A stretch of DNA of 59,870 nucleotides from Candidatus Methylacidiphilales bacterium (GTDB lineage Bacteria > Verrucomicrobiota > Verrucomicrobiia > Methylacidiphilales > Verrucolacustridaceae). Below are positions 18,518 through 27,468 of this stretch, piece after piece. The stretch covers positions 1-59,870 of the forward strand of contig JBBAWG010000004.1 in the NCBI GenBank assembly GCA_040397305.1, given 5' to 3'. Within the stretch, counting starts at the first letter, position 1, and the number at the start of each line of letters is the position of its first letter. The notes below the pieces were generated by a model that worked only from the letters and a program-made list of their open reading frames with translations, was not told where the DNA came from and searched no databases. The translations under genes and the position numbers were made by a program.

Positions 18518-18932
18518 GCGATTTGCGCAGGCGGGACTGGAGGCGCCGCATGGCGAGGGCTCCACGTTTAGTAGAGTCGCGGAGGCCGGCCAAATGGAGA
18601 ATCCCGTGGAGGACGTAGGTCAGCAGTTCGTCGCGCAGACTGAGGCCATGACCTTGGCGCAGTTGGGCGGCGACTTCGGGGCAGACCACGATTTCCCCGT
18701 GGGGAAAAGCCAGGACATCGGCAGGGGTGGGATCGCCCAGATGGCGCTCATGGAGCCGCCCACTTTCCCGGGCGGAGACCAAGACAACGCCAAGTTCCGC
18801 CGGCAGGCGGCGAAGCCGGGCGGCGGGCAGGCGGCCCAGGGCCGCTTCCACCCTACGACGAAGGTAGGCGAGGTTCGGCGGATGCCGTCTTTGACGGTTG
18901 ATCCACCGGATGGTCGGTTTTTTTGGAGCCAC
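18513..18932 (-). CDS. ybeY: rRNA maturation RNase YbeY
   Basis: DVLAFP, GEIVVC, HGILHLAG; downstream of phoH and the HD gene; GTG start approximate. Confidence 0.85.
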   Translation of the reverse strand: MAPKKPTIRWINRQRRHPPNLAYLRRRVEAALGRLPAARLRRLPAELGVVLVSARESGRLHERHLGDPTPADVLAFPHGEIVVCPEVAAQLRQGHGLSLRDELLTYVLHGILHLAGLRDSTKRGALAMRRLQSRLRKSR

Positions 18933-20397
18933 GGCGGTCTTTGGGGTAACGAATGCGGGGACGAAGCAGGTTTTCCACGCCCTCGGCAAGAGCGCGGCGG
19001 GCGGCCTGCCACTGGGACGGGGTCAGGCCAGATTCGGACCAGTGGCCTTCCTTTTCCCGCTCGTTAAAAATCTGGTCGACCAGCTTGGCGGCATCGCCCG
19101 GGGCGGGTTTTTCCAGCGCCCGGGAGGCGGATTCGGCGGCATCTGCGAGGGAAAGGATGGCAGTCTCGGGGGATTGGGGGTGTGGACCGGGATAACGGAA
19201 GGAGGATTCGTCCACCTCCGGAATATCCTCTTCCCGGAGCCTGAGGATTTTTCCTCCGGAGCGGGCGTCTTTTTCCTGCTGGAGAGCGCGCTGATAAAAG
19301 TACCAGACCAGGCTGCGGCCGTGATGCTCACGGATGGCATCCCGGATCCGGCGGGGAAGGCGGTGCTGCCGGGCGAGGGCCACGCCGTCCTTCACGTGGG
19401 AAAGGATAATCAGCGCGCTCATCGAGGGAGGGAGGGCGGCGTGAGGATCGGGGTTGGCCGAGGTGAAGTTTTCCGTGAAGTACTCCGGATTCTTCAATTT
19501 TCCGATGTCATGGAACAGCGCCATGGCGCGGCAGGCACGGGGATTGGCCGCCTTGGACGCCGCGGCGGTGGCTTCCGCCAAGTGTCCGACCAGAACGCTG
19601 TGGAGGTAAGTGCCAGGGGCCTCCACCGCGAGACGGCGAAGGATGGGCCTTTCGAGGCTGGTCAGTTCCAGCCAGGACAGATCGCTGGTGCGATCGAAGA
19701 TTGATTCGAGAAGCGGGAGAAGAGCGCCGACGATGATGGCGCCGAGGAGACCGATGGCGGCGGCGGATACCGCTTCCGTCAAGATCACCTCCCACGTCAC
19801 GGTGAAGGAGAGGCCGGCTCCCAGGACGGTGGAAAACAGGGCCACCAGCCCGATGCCGGCCCCGGCCTTGATGAGATCCGACCGGCGGTAAAGATGGCGG
19901 GAAAGAATGACCGCCCCCAGACCGGTGGTGATCGAGGCGACCAGATAACGATGATCCGCGCGAAGAAGAAATAGTTCCGCCAAGCCGGCCAACACCACCA
20001 GGAGAGCGCCGGCGCGGGAGCCGACCAGGGCGGTGAGGGTGAGGGCCGCCAAGGCGGGGGGAAGAAGATAGGTTCCCGCTCCGAGGGCGTGGTGCGGAGC
20101 CAGCCGCAGCAGGAGAAGAATGAAAGCAAAATTGCCGATCAGCGTGAGCAGAAACAGACCCAGCAGGCGGTTCCGCACGAAGGCTTCCGGAAGAACCAGG
20201 GAAAGGATCAGGGGCAGAACCAAGGCGGTGAAGAAGACCGCGATCCAGGCGGCGGGACTGTGGGCCGCCGGGGTGAGCAGGGAGAGTCCGTACGTGAAGA
20301 TGGCGGCGAGGGCAAAAAGGACCGAACGGATGCGGGTATCAGATTCGAGCCGGTTTTCGGTCACGGCCCGCCCCGTGAGCGGCGCCGTCCGGCTCAC
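18853..20397 (-). CDS. 7TM-HD phosphohydrolase (PgpH-like HDIG family)
   Basis: Several TMs then APGTY.HS, HDIGK, YF.EN, SHVKDG, EHHG, FRYPGP, LADA.E. Confidence 0.88.
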   Translation of the reverse strand: MSRTAPLTGRAVTENRLESDTRIRSVLFALAAIFTYGLSLLTPAAHSPAAWIAVFFTALVLPLILSLVLPEAFVRNRLLGLFLLTLIGNFAFILLLLRLAPHHALGAGTYLLPPALAALTLTALVGSRAGALLVVLAGLAELFLLRADHRYLVASITTGLGAVILSRHLYRRSDLIKAGAGIGLVALFSTVLGAGLSFTVTWEVILTEAVSAAAIGLLGAIIVGALLPLLESIFDRTSDLSWLELTSLERPILRRLAVEAPGTYLHSVLVGHLAEATAAASKAANPRACRAMALFHDIGKLKNPEYFTENFTSANPDPHAALPPSMSALIILSHVKDGVALARQHRLPRRIRDAIREHHGRSLVWYFYQRALQQEKDARSGGKILRLREEDIPEVDESSFRYPGPHPQSPETAILSLADAAESASRALEKPAPGDAAKLVDQIFNEREKEGHWSESGLTPSQWQAARRALAEGVENLLRPRIRYPKDRRGSKKTDHPVDQPSKTASAEPRLPSS

Positions 20398-21377
20398 AGG
20401 GTGAGGCTGGTCTGGCGGACGCCCCGGTGTTCCTTGTAAGCGCGGACAATTTTTCCGACGAGCTCGTGCCGGATAACATCGGTGTCCTCGAAACGGACAA
20501 AGCCGATGCCGTCGACGTTGGCGAGGGCTTGGACGGATTCGACGAGGCCGGACTTGCGGTGATGGGGAAGGTCAACCTGGGTGGGATCGCCGGTGACGAT
20601 GCATTTGGAGTCCGGCCCGAGGCGGGTGAGGAACATGAACATCTGTTCGGTGGTGGCGTTCTGGCCCTCGTCGAGGATGACAAAAGCGCCGGTGAGGGTG
20701 CGGCCGCGCATGTAGGCGAGCGGGGCGATTTCGAGGATGCCCTTGTCCATCATCTTCTGGATCTCCTCGACATCGAGCATGTCGTAGAGGGCGTCGTAGA
20801 GCGGGCGGAGGTAGGGGAAAATTTTCTCCTGCAGGTCGCCGGGCAGGAAGCCGAGGGCCTCGCCGGCTTCCACCGCGGGGCGGGTGAGGATGATCCGGTT
20901 GATCTTGTCCGTTTTGAGGTAAGAGACGGCCATGGCCATGGCGAGATAGGTTTTGCCGGTGCCGGCGGGACCAAGGCCGAAGACGAGGTCGTTGCGGCGG
21001 ATCTCATCCACGTAGGCTTTTTGGAGAAAGGTCTTGGGGATGATGACCGGTTTCTTGCCGGAGACCTGGATGCGGGTGGACCAGATACTTTCGAGTTGTT
21101 TGCCCTCGCCGCGCTGGACGGCCTTGAGGGCGTAAAGGAACTCGTGCCGGCGGATGCGGAGGCCGTGCTGGTGGGCCAGGTGGAGCTGGCGGAACAGTTC
21201 CTGGGCGGAGGTGACTGAGTCGTTGGCCCCGTCGATCTTGAGCTGGGCGTCCCGGGCGGTGAGTTTGACCCCGAGGGCGGACTCCGTCTCGCGCAGGAGG
21301 GTCTCGTCGGCCGCGTAGAGTTCCGAGAGGGCGTGAGCGTTTTCGAAGGTGAGGGTCTGGGCGTGCGGGGCGTTCAA
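20394..21377 (-). CDS. phoH: PhoH-family ATPase
   Basis: GPAGTGKT, RPAVEAGE.LGFLPG, YMRGRTL, ILDEGQN. Confidence 0.95.
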   Translation of the reverse strand: MNAPHAQTLTFENAHALSELYAADETLLRETESALGVKLTARDAQLKIDGANDSVTSAQELFRQLHLAHQHGLRIRRHEFLYALKAVQRGEGKQLESIWSTRIQVSGKKPVIIPKTFLQKAYVDEIRRNDLVFGLGPAGTGKTYLAMAMAVSYLKTDKINRIILTRPAVEAGEALGFLPGDLQEKIFPYLRPLYDALYDMLDVEEIQKMMDKGILEIAPLAYMRGRTLTGAFVILDEGQNATTEQMFMFLTRLGPDSKCIVTGDPTQVDLPHHRKSGLVESVQALANVDGIGFVRFEDTDVIRHELVGKIVRAYKEHRGVRQTSLTL

Positions 21378-21445
21378 GCTTCTTATTTATTTTTTAGGGC
21401 AAGGAGGGCAGGAGGGAAGAAAAGATATCGGATGTCACCGAACTG

Positions 21446-22780
21446 TCACTGGAGACGGGAATCGAGGGCGGAAGCCCGCTTTTTGAGAGTGGCGAGGGTT
21501 TCGCCGACGCCGCGGGAGGCGCCCTTGGAATCGAGTGGGAGTACAGAGCCGGCCTCAATGGCAGGAACCAGCGCGCAGAACTGGTCGTTCACCATAACCC
21601 CGAGGAACTCCCCGTTGAGGGAGAGAACGAGATCGCCGGCTTCGGGCGCATATTCCCCCTGGAGGCGGTTGAGGAACCGGGAGTCCATCTCCAGGTAGCC
21701 GGGGAAGGAGGGTTCCAGCTTGAAGGCGCACTCGCCATATCCCTTGCCGGACGGTGAAATGAGCAGGGCTTTGGGGAAGCGGAACGGATCCGAGGCGATG
21801 CGGTAAGCCAGTTCCGGATGTTTTTCCACCAAGACCAGTTCCACGGGAGCGAGCAGGAGTCGTGGATCGGAACCCTTGATGGATTCCAGGGCCGGCAGGG
21901 GTTTCGGAAAATTGGATGGGGGTGGCAGGGTCAGGGTGCCGGTCACCGAGTCCCAGGAACCTTCGGCATCGCCCAACCGGAATGGAGTCTCGGCAAGGGG
22001 GACAAGGGCGGCCGTACGGCGGCCATCGGTGAGCAGGATGGCGCGGGATTCCGTCCGGCGGACGCGCTGGTTCTGGACGGAGGGGCGTTCGGCCATCAAC
22101 CGAACCGTGGCCCGGCGACTGAGATAGTCAGCGTAAAGGGCGTTGGGGGCAACCGGACGGTATTCGCGGATCTCCTTGGTGATCTGGCCGGATTTTTCGG
22201 CCAGCTGGGTCACGCCTTGGGAGAGGGACTGGTTTTGCTCGAGGAGTTTTTTTTTCTCCTCCTCCGCCTGGCGGAGAGTGGCGGTGGTGAGCTTCACCTT
22301 TTCTTCCGCAGACTTGGCCTGCACCTCGGCCACGGTGAGCTGGGAACGAAGGGCGTCCGTCTCGGTGCGGAGCTTTTCCTTGGTTTGACGAAGTATTTCC
22401 GCCTCGGCCTTGGCGGCTTCGAGGGCGGCGCGGGTGCGTTCCGCTTCGGTCTGGGCCTGTTGGGCCAACCGGGCGGTCTCCTGCTCGCTTTTCTGGAGGC
22501 GCTCGGAAAGTTCGGTGGTGCGGGCGCGAGCCTGGTCCAGGACGGCGGCGCGGGAGCGGGACTCGTCCTGGCTGGTGGCGAGGTCTTGGGCCAGTTTCTC
22601 GCGGTTGGATTTTTCGTCCTCCAGCGAAAGACGGAGGGCGGCGACGACATCGTCCTGGGGGGAGACGGCGCGGGAGGTGACGGGAGTGGGCGGCGGAGCT
22701 TCCGGCTTATCCCAACGGGTGAGGGCGAGGAGGTTGAGAAGCAGGAAGTCGCAGAGGATGAGGAGGAGAGTTTTGTTCAC
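21446..22780 (-). CDS. Single-pass membrane protein: ExbD/MotB-like TM with Asp, coiled-coil stalk, trypsin-like C-terminal domain
   Basis: MNKTLLLILCDFLLLNLLAL; Pro-rich linker; long E/K/Q/A heptad region; GDLVLSLNGEFLGVMV. Confidence 0.65.
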   Translation of the reverse strand: MNKTLLLILCDFLLLNLLALTRWDKPEAPPPTPVTSRAVSPQDDVVAALRLSLEDEKSNREKLAQDLATSQDESRSRAAVLDQARARTTELSERLQKSEQETARLAQQAQTEAERTRAALEAAKAEAEILRQTKEKLRTETDALRSQLTVAEVQAKSAEEKVKLTTATLRQAEEEKKKLLEQNQSLSQGVTQLAEKSGQITKEIREYRPVAPNALYADYLSRRATVRLMAERPSVQNQRVRRTESRAILLTDGRRTAALVPLAETPFRLGDAEGSWDSVTGTLTLPPPSNFPKPLPALESIKGSDPRLLLAPVELVLVEKHPELAYRIASDPFRFPKALLISPSGKGYGECAFKLEPSFPGYLEMDSRFLNRLQGEYAPEAGDLVLSLNGEFLGVMVNDQFCALVPAIEAGSVLPLDSKGASRGVGETLATLKKRASALDSRLQ

Positions 22781-22815
22781 GGTGGCGGGCGGAAATCGGG
22801 CCCGTGGATTTCCCT

Positions 22816-24420
22816 TTAGGTTTTAGCGGGGGGAAGCAGCAACCGCTGTTTGCAGGCGCGGACGTGAAAGATCTTGATGACGGCGACGCAGGTGATGCCA
22901 AAGAGATTGGAGGAGTAAGCGGCGAGGAGGCTGGGCTGGATCACGCCCAAGACCTGCAGAACGAGGGCAATGGCGGTGCCGCCGATGCCGACATAGAGAC
23001 CGGAATCGAAGAGATTGTCCTCGTTTTCGAGCAGGCGGAGTTTGAGGGTGGAGTCGCCGGGTCCGGTTTCAATCTGACGAATGCGCCGGACGCAGATCCG
23101 ATAGACGGCGATCTGGATCGTCAGGAAGATCACCAGGGTGATGATGTTGGTCGGTTCCATGGAGAAGCGTGGACGTGAGTCTATTTTAACGGAGGAGCCC
23201 GGCAGGGCGAGACTCAATCGGTAGGTGGGCATGGGCTTGGGGCGGGTGACGGAGGGTTCCGGCATGGCGCCCAGGAGCAGGGCGAGAAAAACCGCTTGGG
23301 CCAAGACCGGGGCGGGCCGCCAAGGACCCGGGCCATCCGGGGACGCGGGGTGCAGGATTCCCCAAAGGGCGCGCACGAGAAGCCAGGAACCCAAAAGGAG
23401 AAGCCCGGCACGAAGAAAAAGAAGGGGCCTTTCCCAAAGGAGCAGCCAGGGAACAAGGGCCAGGGGAGGCGGGATCGGGTTGGTGAAGACGGGGCAACGC
23501 CGCTGGACGAGCAGCTCCACGGAGCCGCGTCCGGCAGCCAGGCAGGAAGATATCACCGCCCATGGTTTCTGGGCGGAGGTGGGCAGGTGGGTGAGGCGGT
23601 CGGCTGGGCCGGCCCAAAGGCTGGCGGCCAGCAACAGGTCCCCGGGTTCAGCGGGGGAACGGACTTCGCCAGCGAGCCAATCCAGCGCCGCGAGAGTCTG
23701 GGTGTTGCCGACGAGTTCCCGCAGGGAGTCGTAATCGAAACGGCGGGCGAGGGAGAGGAGGGAAAGGAGCGCCGGTTGCAGCGGCTGAAGGGATCGTTCC
23801 TCGTTGGCGGCGTAGGTAGCGGTTTTCAGTTCGCTGGCGAGCGCGGGGGAAAAGGCGGAGGTGTCGAGCAGGTGCGCGGTCAACAGGGCGACCGCTTCGA
23901 GCGGCTGTCCGCCGGGTTGCCCGGCGGGGAGGAGCGGTGGGAGAGGTCGGAGATCGAGTGTCTGGAGGATTGCCTGGACGCCGGGAGAGGGATTTACCTT
24001 GAGGCTCTGTCGCAAGCGGAGTCGAACGGGTTCGCGGAGAAGCAGGGTGAGGATGGGCGGGGGAGTGCCGACATTTTTTTCAAATGCCAAACCGGAGGTG
24101 GCGAGGACCTGTTCGAGCCGGGAGTCGCGAGTGCCGAGCCAGGCGAGATCCCGCCGGGAAGAGAGGATCGTGTGGGCTGAGGTCACCGTATCTGCACCCC
24201 CGGGCAGATCCATGGATTGGGCGAGCTGGGCGAGGCGAAGTCCGGCGCCCAGGTGTTCGGAATTCAGCAATGAGGCGGCCAGTTCCGGCAAGGTGGGAGT
24301 TCCCTTTCCCGCGGCGAGAAGGACCTTTTGCTCCAGGGCATGGAAACGGACCGGGAGGAGAAGGCCGAGGGTCAGCGAGGCCGCTCCGGCGAGAATCAGA
24401 ATCCAGGAAGGGGTTTTCAG
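22816..24420 (-). CDS. Multi-pass membrane protein with C-terminal MotA/TolQ/ExbB-like channel region (probable CTG start)
   Basis: C-terminal three TMs with GIGGT and AYSSNLFG; frame extends upstream of 24291 through a TM to CTG overlapping the alr TGA. Confidence 0.65.
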   Translation of the reverse strand: MKTPSWILILAGAASLTLGLLLPVRFHALEQKVLLAAGKGTPTLPELAASLLNSEHLGAGLRLAQLAQSMDLPGGADTVTSAHTILSSRRDLAWLGTRDSRLEQVLATSGLAFEKNVGTPPPILTLLLREPVRLRLRQSLKVNPSPGVQAILQTLDLRPLPPLLPAGQPGGQPLEAVALLTAHLLDTSAFSPALASELKTATYAANEERSLQPLQPALLSLLSLARRFDYDSLRELVGNTQTLAALDWLAGEVRSPAEPGDLLLAASLWAGPADRLTHLPTSAQKPWAVISSCLAAGRGSVELLVQRRCPVFTNPIPPPLALVPWLLLWERPLLFLRAGLLLLGSWLLVRALWGILHPASPDGPGPWRPAPVLAQAVFLALLLGAMPEPSVTRPKPMPTYRLSLALPGSSVKIDSRPRFSMEPTNIITLVIFLTIQIAVYRICVRRIRQIETGPGDSTLKLRLLENEDNLFDSGLYVGIGGTAIALVLQVLGVIQPSLLAAYSSNLFGITCVAVIKIFHVRACKQRLLLPPAKT

Positions 24421-25502
24421 GAGTAAAAGCGGGGAATGCGCGGGGCGATCCGGGTGAAAATTTCCCAGGGAATCGTATCGGCCTCGCGGGCGAGATCGGC
24501 GGCGGAGCGGGTTTTTTTTCCGGAACGGCCGATCCAGACCACTTCATCGCCCCTTTTGGCGGCCGGGAGGGAGGAGACGTCCAGCAGGGTCATGTCCATG
24601 GTGACGCGACCAAGGATCGGGCAAAGCCGTCCACGGATGAGGGCGTGGCCGCGGTTCCCGAGAGAGAAAGGGAGTCCGTCGGCGTAGCCGGTGGCCACGG
24701 TGGCAACCCGGAGATCCCGCTTGGCCCGGAAGGTTGCGCCGTAGCTGATGGTCTCGCCCCGAGGGACGCGGCGGACCACCAGAATGCGGGATTTCCAGGA
24801 CAGCACCGGGAGGAGCGGCGCGCGGGGATGGGGCCGAGGATCGATCCCGTAAAGGCCGAGCCCGGGGCGGATATGGGTTTGCGGAAACGGAATTTGAGAC
24901 AGCGCGGCGGCGGTGTTGGCGTAGTGAATCCGGGGCCGTGGCGGGAGAAGGAGAGCCTCCTGGAGTTGGCGGCGGGTGAACGTGGGGTTGGATCCGGCGC
25001 AGGCGAGATGCGTGAAGGTGCCGGCGAGTTCCAGACGCGGGTGGTGGAGGATATAGGAGAGAAGCTGTTGAAATTCAGCCGGCTTGGCGCCGAGTCGATT
25101 CATCCCGGTGTCGAGCTTGGCTTGGACAAGGGCGGTGGTCCGGGCTTTTTCCGCCGCCCGGGCGAGTTCGCGGGCCTCCTGCATGGAGGAGAGGGTGACG
25201 GTGAGTCGATGGGTCAGCGCCGCAGGAAATTCCGGGGCCAGGGAGGAGCCCAGAAGGAGAATCGGTTCCCGGATACCGGCTTGGCGGAGTTCGGCTCCTT
25301 CGGAGGCGAAAGCGACGCCGAACTCCTCACAACCGGCACGGGAGAGGGCTTGGGCGACGGGAACCAGCCCGTGTCCGTAAGCGTTATCTTTCACGACGGC
25401 AAGAACCCGGGTCCCTCGGGGAGTGGCTCGGCGCAGGGTGCGAAGGTTGGCGCGCAGGGCCGGAAGGGAAATGGTGCACCAGGTACGGATGGAGGCGGGC
25501 AT
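24417..25502 (-). CDS. alr: Alanine racemase
   Basis: AVVKDNAYGHG, DTGMNRLG, RPGLGLYG, ISYG, GYADG, GRVTMD. Confidence 0.95.
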   Translation of the reverse strand: MPASIRTWCTISLPALRANLRTLRRATPRGTRVLAVVKDNAYGHGLVPVAQALSRAGCEEFGVAFASEGAELRQAGIREPILLLGSSLAPEFPAALTHRLTVTLSSMQEARELARAAEKARTTALVQAKLDTGMNRLGAKPAEFQQLLSYILHHPRLELAGTFTHLACAGSNPTFTRRQLQEALLLPPRPRIHYANTAAALSQIPFPQTHIRPGLGLYGIDPRPHPRAPLLPVLSWKSRILVVRRVPRGETISYGATFRAKRDLRVATVATGYADGLPFSLGNRGHALIRGRLCPILGRVTMDMTLLDVSSLPAAKRGDEVVWIGRSGKKTRSAADLAREADTIPWEIFTRIAPRIPRFYS

Positions 25503-25540
25503 CGGGTGATCTTAGGAAAGATTCCGGACGATCGGAAACT

Positions 25541-25570
25541 GTTCGTTTATGTTTGTGTTTACGTTGACGG
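25541..25570. repeat. 6-nt periodic tract (CGTTTA family)
   Basis: gttcgtttatgtttgtgtttacgttgacgg. Confidence 0.55.
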
Positions 25571-25587
25571 AAATAAAAACGGGAGAT

Positions 25588-26169
25588 TCAACGGGAGGCA
25601 AGGGCAGGACGGAGGTGGATAGGCTCGAGAGGCAGGCCGGGTTCCAGGCCGTGGGCGTGGAGGTAGGCGGCGAGGGTCGGGGCGTTGGGCAGGGCGGTCT
25701 GGCCGACCCCCGGTAGGCCGTCCGGGGTGACGGCCAAGGTGCAGCGGGAAAGGAGCCGGGGAAGTTCGGAGATAGGATGAACGGAGGTCGGCCGCTCTAG
25801 TTTTCCCGAAGCGTAGAAGGTGGCGAACACGTCCCCGCGGCGGGCGTCGGAAAAAACGCCCAGGAGAGTGGCCTCGGGAAACTGCCAGGCAAGCGATCCG
25901 GTGCTGCGGATCGGCAGGACGGGACAGTGCCAGACCGTGGCCAATCCTTCGGCGGAGGCGATGGCCGAGCGGATTCCGGAAAAGGATCCGGGCCCCACGC
26001 CCACGAGAATCTGGTCGGGGCGGGGTGGATCCCGCAGTGCTTGCTGCAAAGACGGAATGAGGCTGGCGGCGACGGTCCCGGAAAGTTTTCCTGAGGATAG
26101 GATTTCGCCTTGGCGGCTGAGCACCCAAGTGCCGGGGGTGGATGAGGCTTCCAGGATCAATCGAGTCAT
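25588..26169 (-). CDS. tsaB: tRNA t6A biosynthesis protein TsaB
   Basis: GVGPGSFSGIR, DARRG. Confidence 0.9.
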   Translation of the reverse strand: MTRLILEASSTPGTWVLSRQGEILSSGKLSGTVAASLIPSLQQALRDPPRPDQILVGVGPGSFSGIRSAIASAEGLATVWHCPVLPIRSTGSLAWQFPEATLLGVFSDARRGDVFATFYASGKLERPTSVHPISELPRLLSRCTLAVTPDGLPGVGQTALPNAPTLAAYLHAHGLEPGLPLEPIHLRPALASR

Positions 26170-26594
26170 GATTTTTTGAGCCAGCGCAGCTGGCGGGTGC
26201 CTTCGGGTTGCGGGGTGATTTCGAGGTCCACGACGGACGATGGCCAGGTGCCGGGAAAACGGTCGGGCCATTCCACCGCCACCAGGCCGGAGGTGACGAG
26301 ACAATCGGGCCAGCCGAGCGAGTCCCAGTCGCGCGCGTTTTCAAGGCGGTAAAGATCCCAGTGATCGAGCGGCATCCGCCCGCCGCGAAGGGGTTGGCAA
26401 AGGGTGAAGGTGGGGCTGGGGACTTGGCCGGGCACCCCGAGGGCGGCGGCGAGTCCGCGGACCCATTCGGATTTCCCGGCACCGAGGGGGCCGTGGAGGC
26501 GGATGACCGTGCCGGCCTTGAGGTGGGGCAGGGATCGGGCGGCGTGGGCCCTGGTGGCCTCGGCCGTTGCAGAGAACTCAGGCGAGATGGTCAT
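26166..26594 (-). CDS. tsaE: tRNA t6A biosynthesis ATPase TsaE
   Basis: GPLGAGKS, VPSPTF, HWDLYRL, VEW. Confidence 0.92.
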   Translation of the reverse strand: MTISPEFSATAEATRAHAARSLPHLKAGTVIRLHGPLGAGKSEWVRGLAAALGVPGQVPSPTFTLCQPLRGGRMPLDHWDLYRLENARDWDSLGWPDCLVTSGLVAVEWPDRFPGTWPSSVVDLEITPQPEGTRQLRWLKKS

Positions 26595-27468
26595 AACCTT
26601 CGAGGGGAAGTCCGCCGGTGTGAAAGCCGGCGCGGGGGGGCAGGCAGACACCGATTTCGGTGAGGCGGGTGGGAAAGGGCCAATTCTTTTTGAGGGTGGC
26701 GGTTTTGGCGGATGGGACGGTGAAAAGGAGTTCGTAATCCTCTCCCTGCCCGAGGGCCTGCCGGACGGTGGCGCCGGCGGCGAGGGGAAGTTTTTGCGGG
26801 TTGAGATCAAACCCGATTCTGGACATGCGCGCGAGGCGGGGGAGGTCGGCTCCCAGGCCGTCGCTCAGGTCCATCATGGCGGAGGGAATTTTTTTTTCGG
26901 CGAGCCACTGGCCCTCCTGCAGGCGCGGGGTGAAGGTGAGGTGCCGGCGGGGCCACGATCCTCCCAGATGACCGGTGACAAAGAGCCGATGTCCGGGGCG
27001 AGCGCCGCCGCGATGGGGGGAAAGCCCGCGGGGCACATCTCCGAGGACCGAGACCGAGAGAAGCAGTTGGCGGGTGCGGACGGTTTCCCCGCCGACCACG
27101 GTCACGCCCCAGCGACGAGCGGCGGAGGCAAGTCCGCGGTAAATGGACTCAAGGCGAGCGGCGGATTTTTTGTCCGGGCATCCGGCGGTCAGGAGAGCGG
27201 CACGCGGCGTCGCGCCGGCGGCGGCAAGATCGCTGAGGACACGGGCGAGGGCTTTGCGACCGACGAGGAGAGCCGGGGTGGTGCGGAGAAAGTGGATCCC
27301 CTCCACCACCGCGTCGGTTTTTAAAACGAGATCGGATCCACGGGGGGGCGGGGCCAGAACGGCGCAGTCGTGGCCCAAGCCGTGGCGGAGACCGGGCCAC
27401 CGGGGGGAACGGAAAGCGCGGGTCCACCGCTCGATCCAGAAATCCTCGGACGTGAGGAGGTGTTTCAT
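26578..27468 (-). CDS. thiL: Thiamine-monophosphate kinase
   Basis: GHDCA, KTD.VVEGIHF, LSDLAA.GA.P, GGET, MDLSDG, GEDYELLFT. Confidence 0.92.
   Translation of the reverse strand: MKHLLTSEDFWIERWTRAFRSPRWPGLRHGLGHDCAVLAPPPRGSDLVLKTDAVVEGIHFLRTTPALLVGRKALARVLSDLAAAGATPRAALLTAGCPDKKSAARLESIYRGLASAARRWGVTVVGGETVRTRQLLLSVSVLGDVPRGLSPHRGGARPGHRLFVTGHLGGSWPRRHLTFTPRLQEGQWLAEKKIPSAMMDLSDGLGADLPRLARMSRIGFDLNPQKLPLAAGATVRQALGQGEDYELLFTVPSAKTATLKKNWPFPTRLTEIGVCLPPRAGFHTGGLPLEGYDHLA

Noticed and set aside
18560-18610. YbeY third metal ligand is Asp rather than His (HGILHLAGLRD)
   Set aside because: Conservative ligand substitution; not evidence of a pseudogene or new function
21446-24420. Calling the motor-like pair a Zorya defence system
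   Set aside because: No OmpA-like domain in B, no long C-terminal tail in A, no ZorC/D/E genes, and the context is housekeeping
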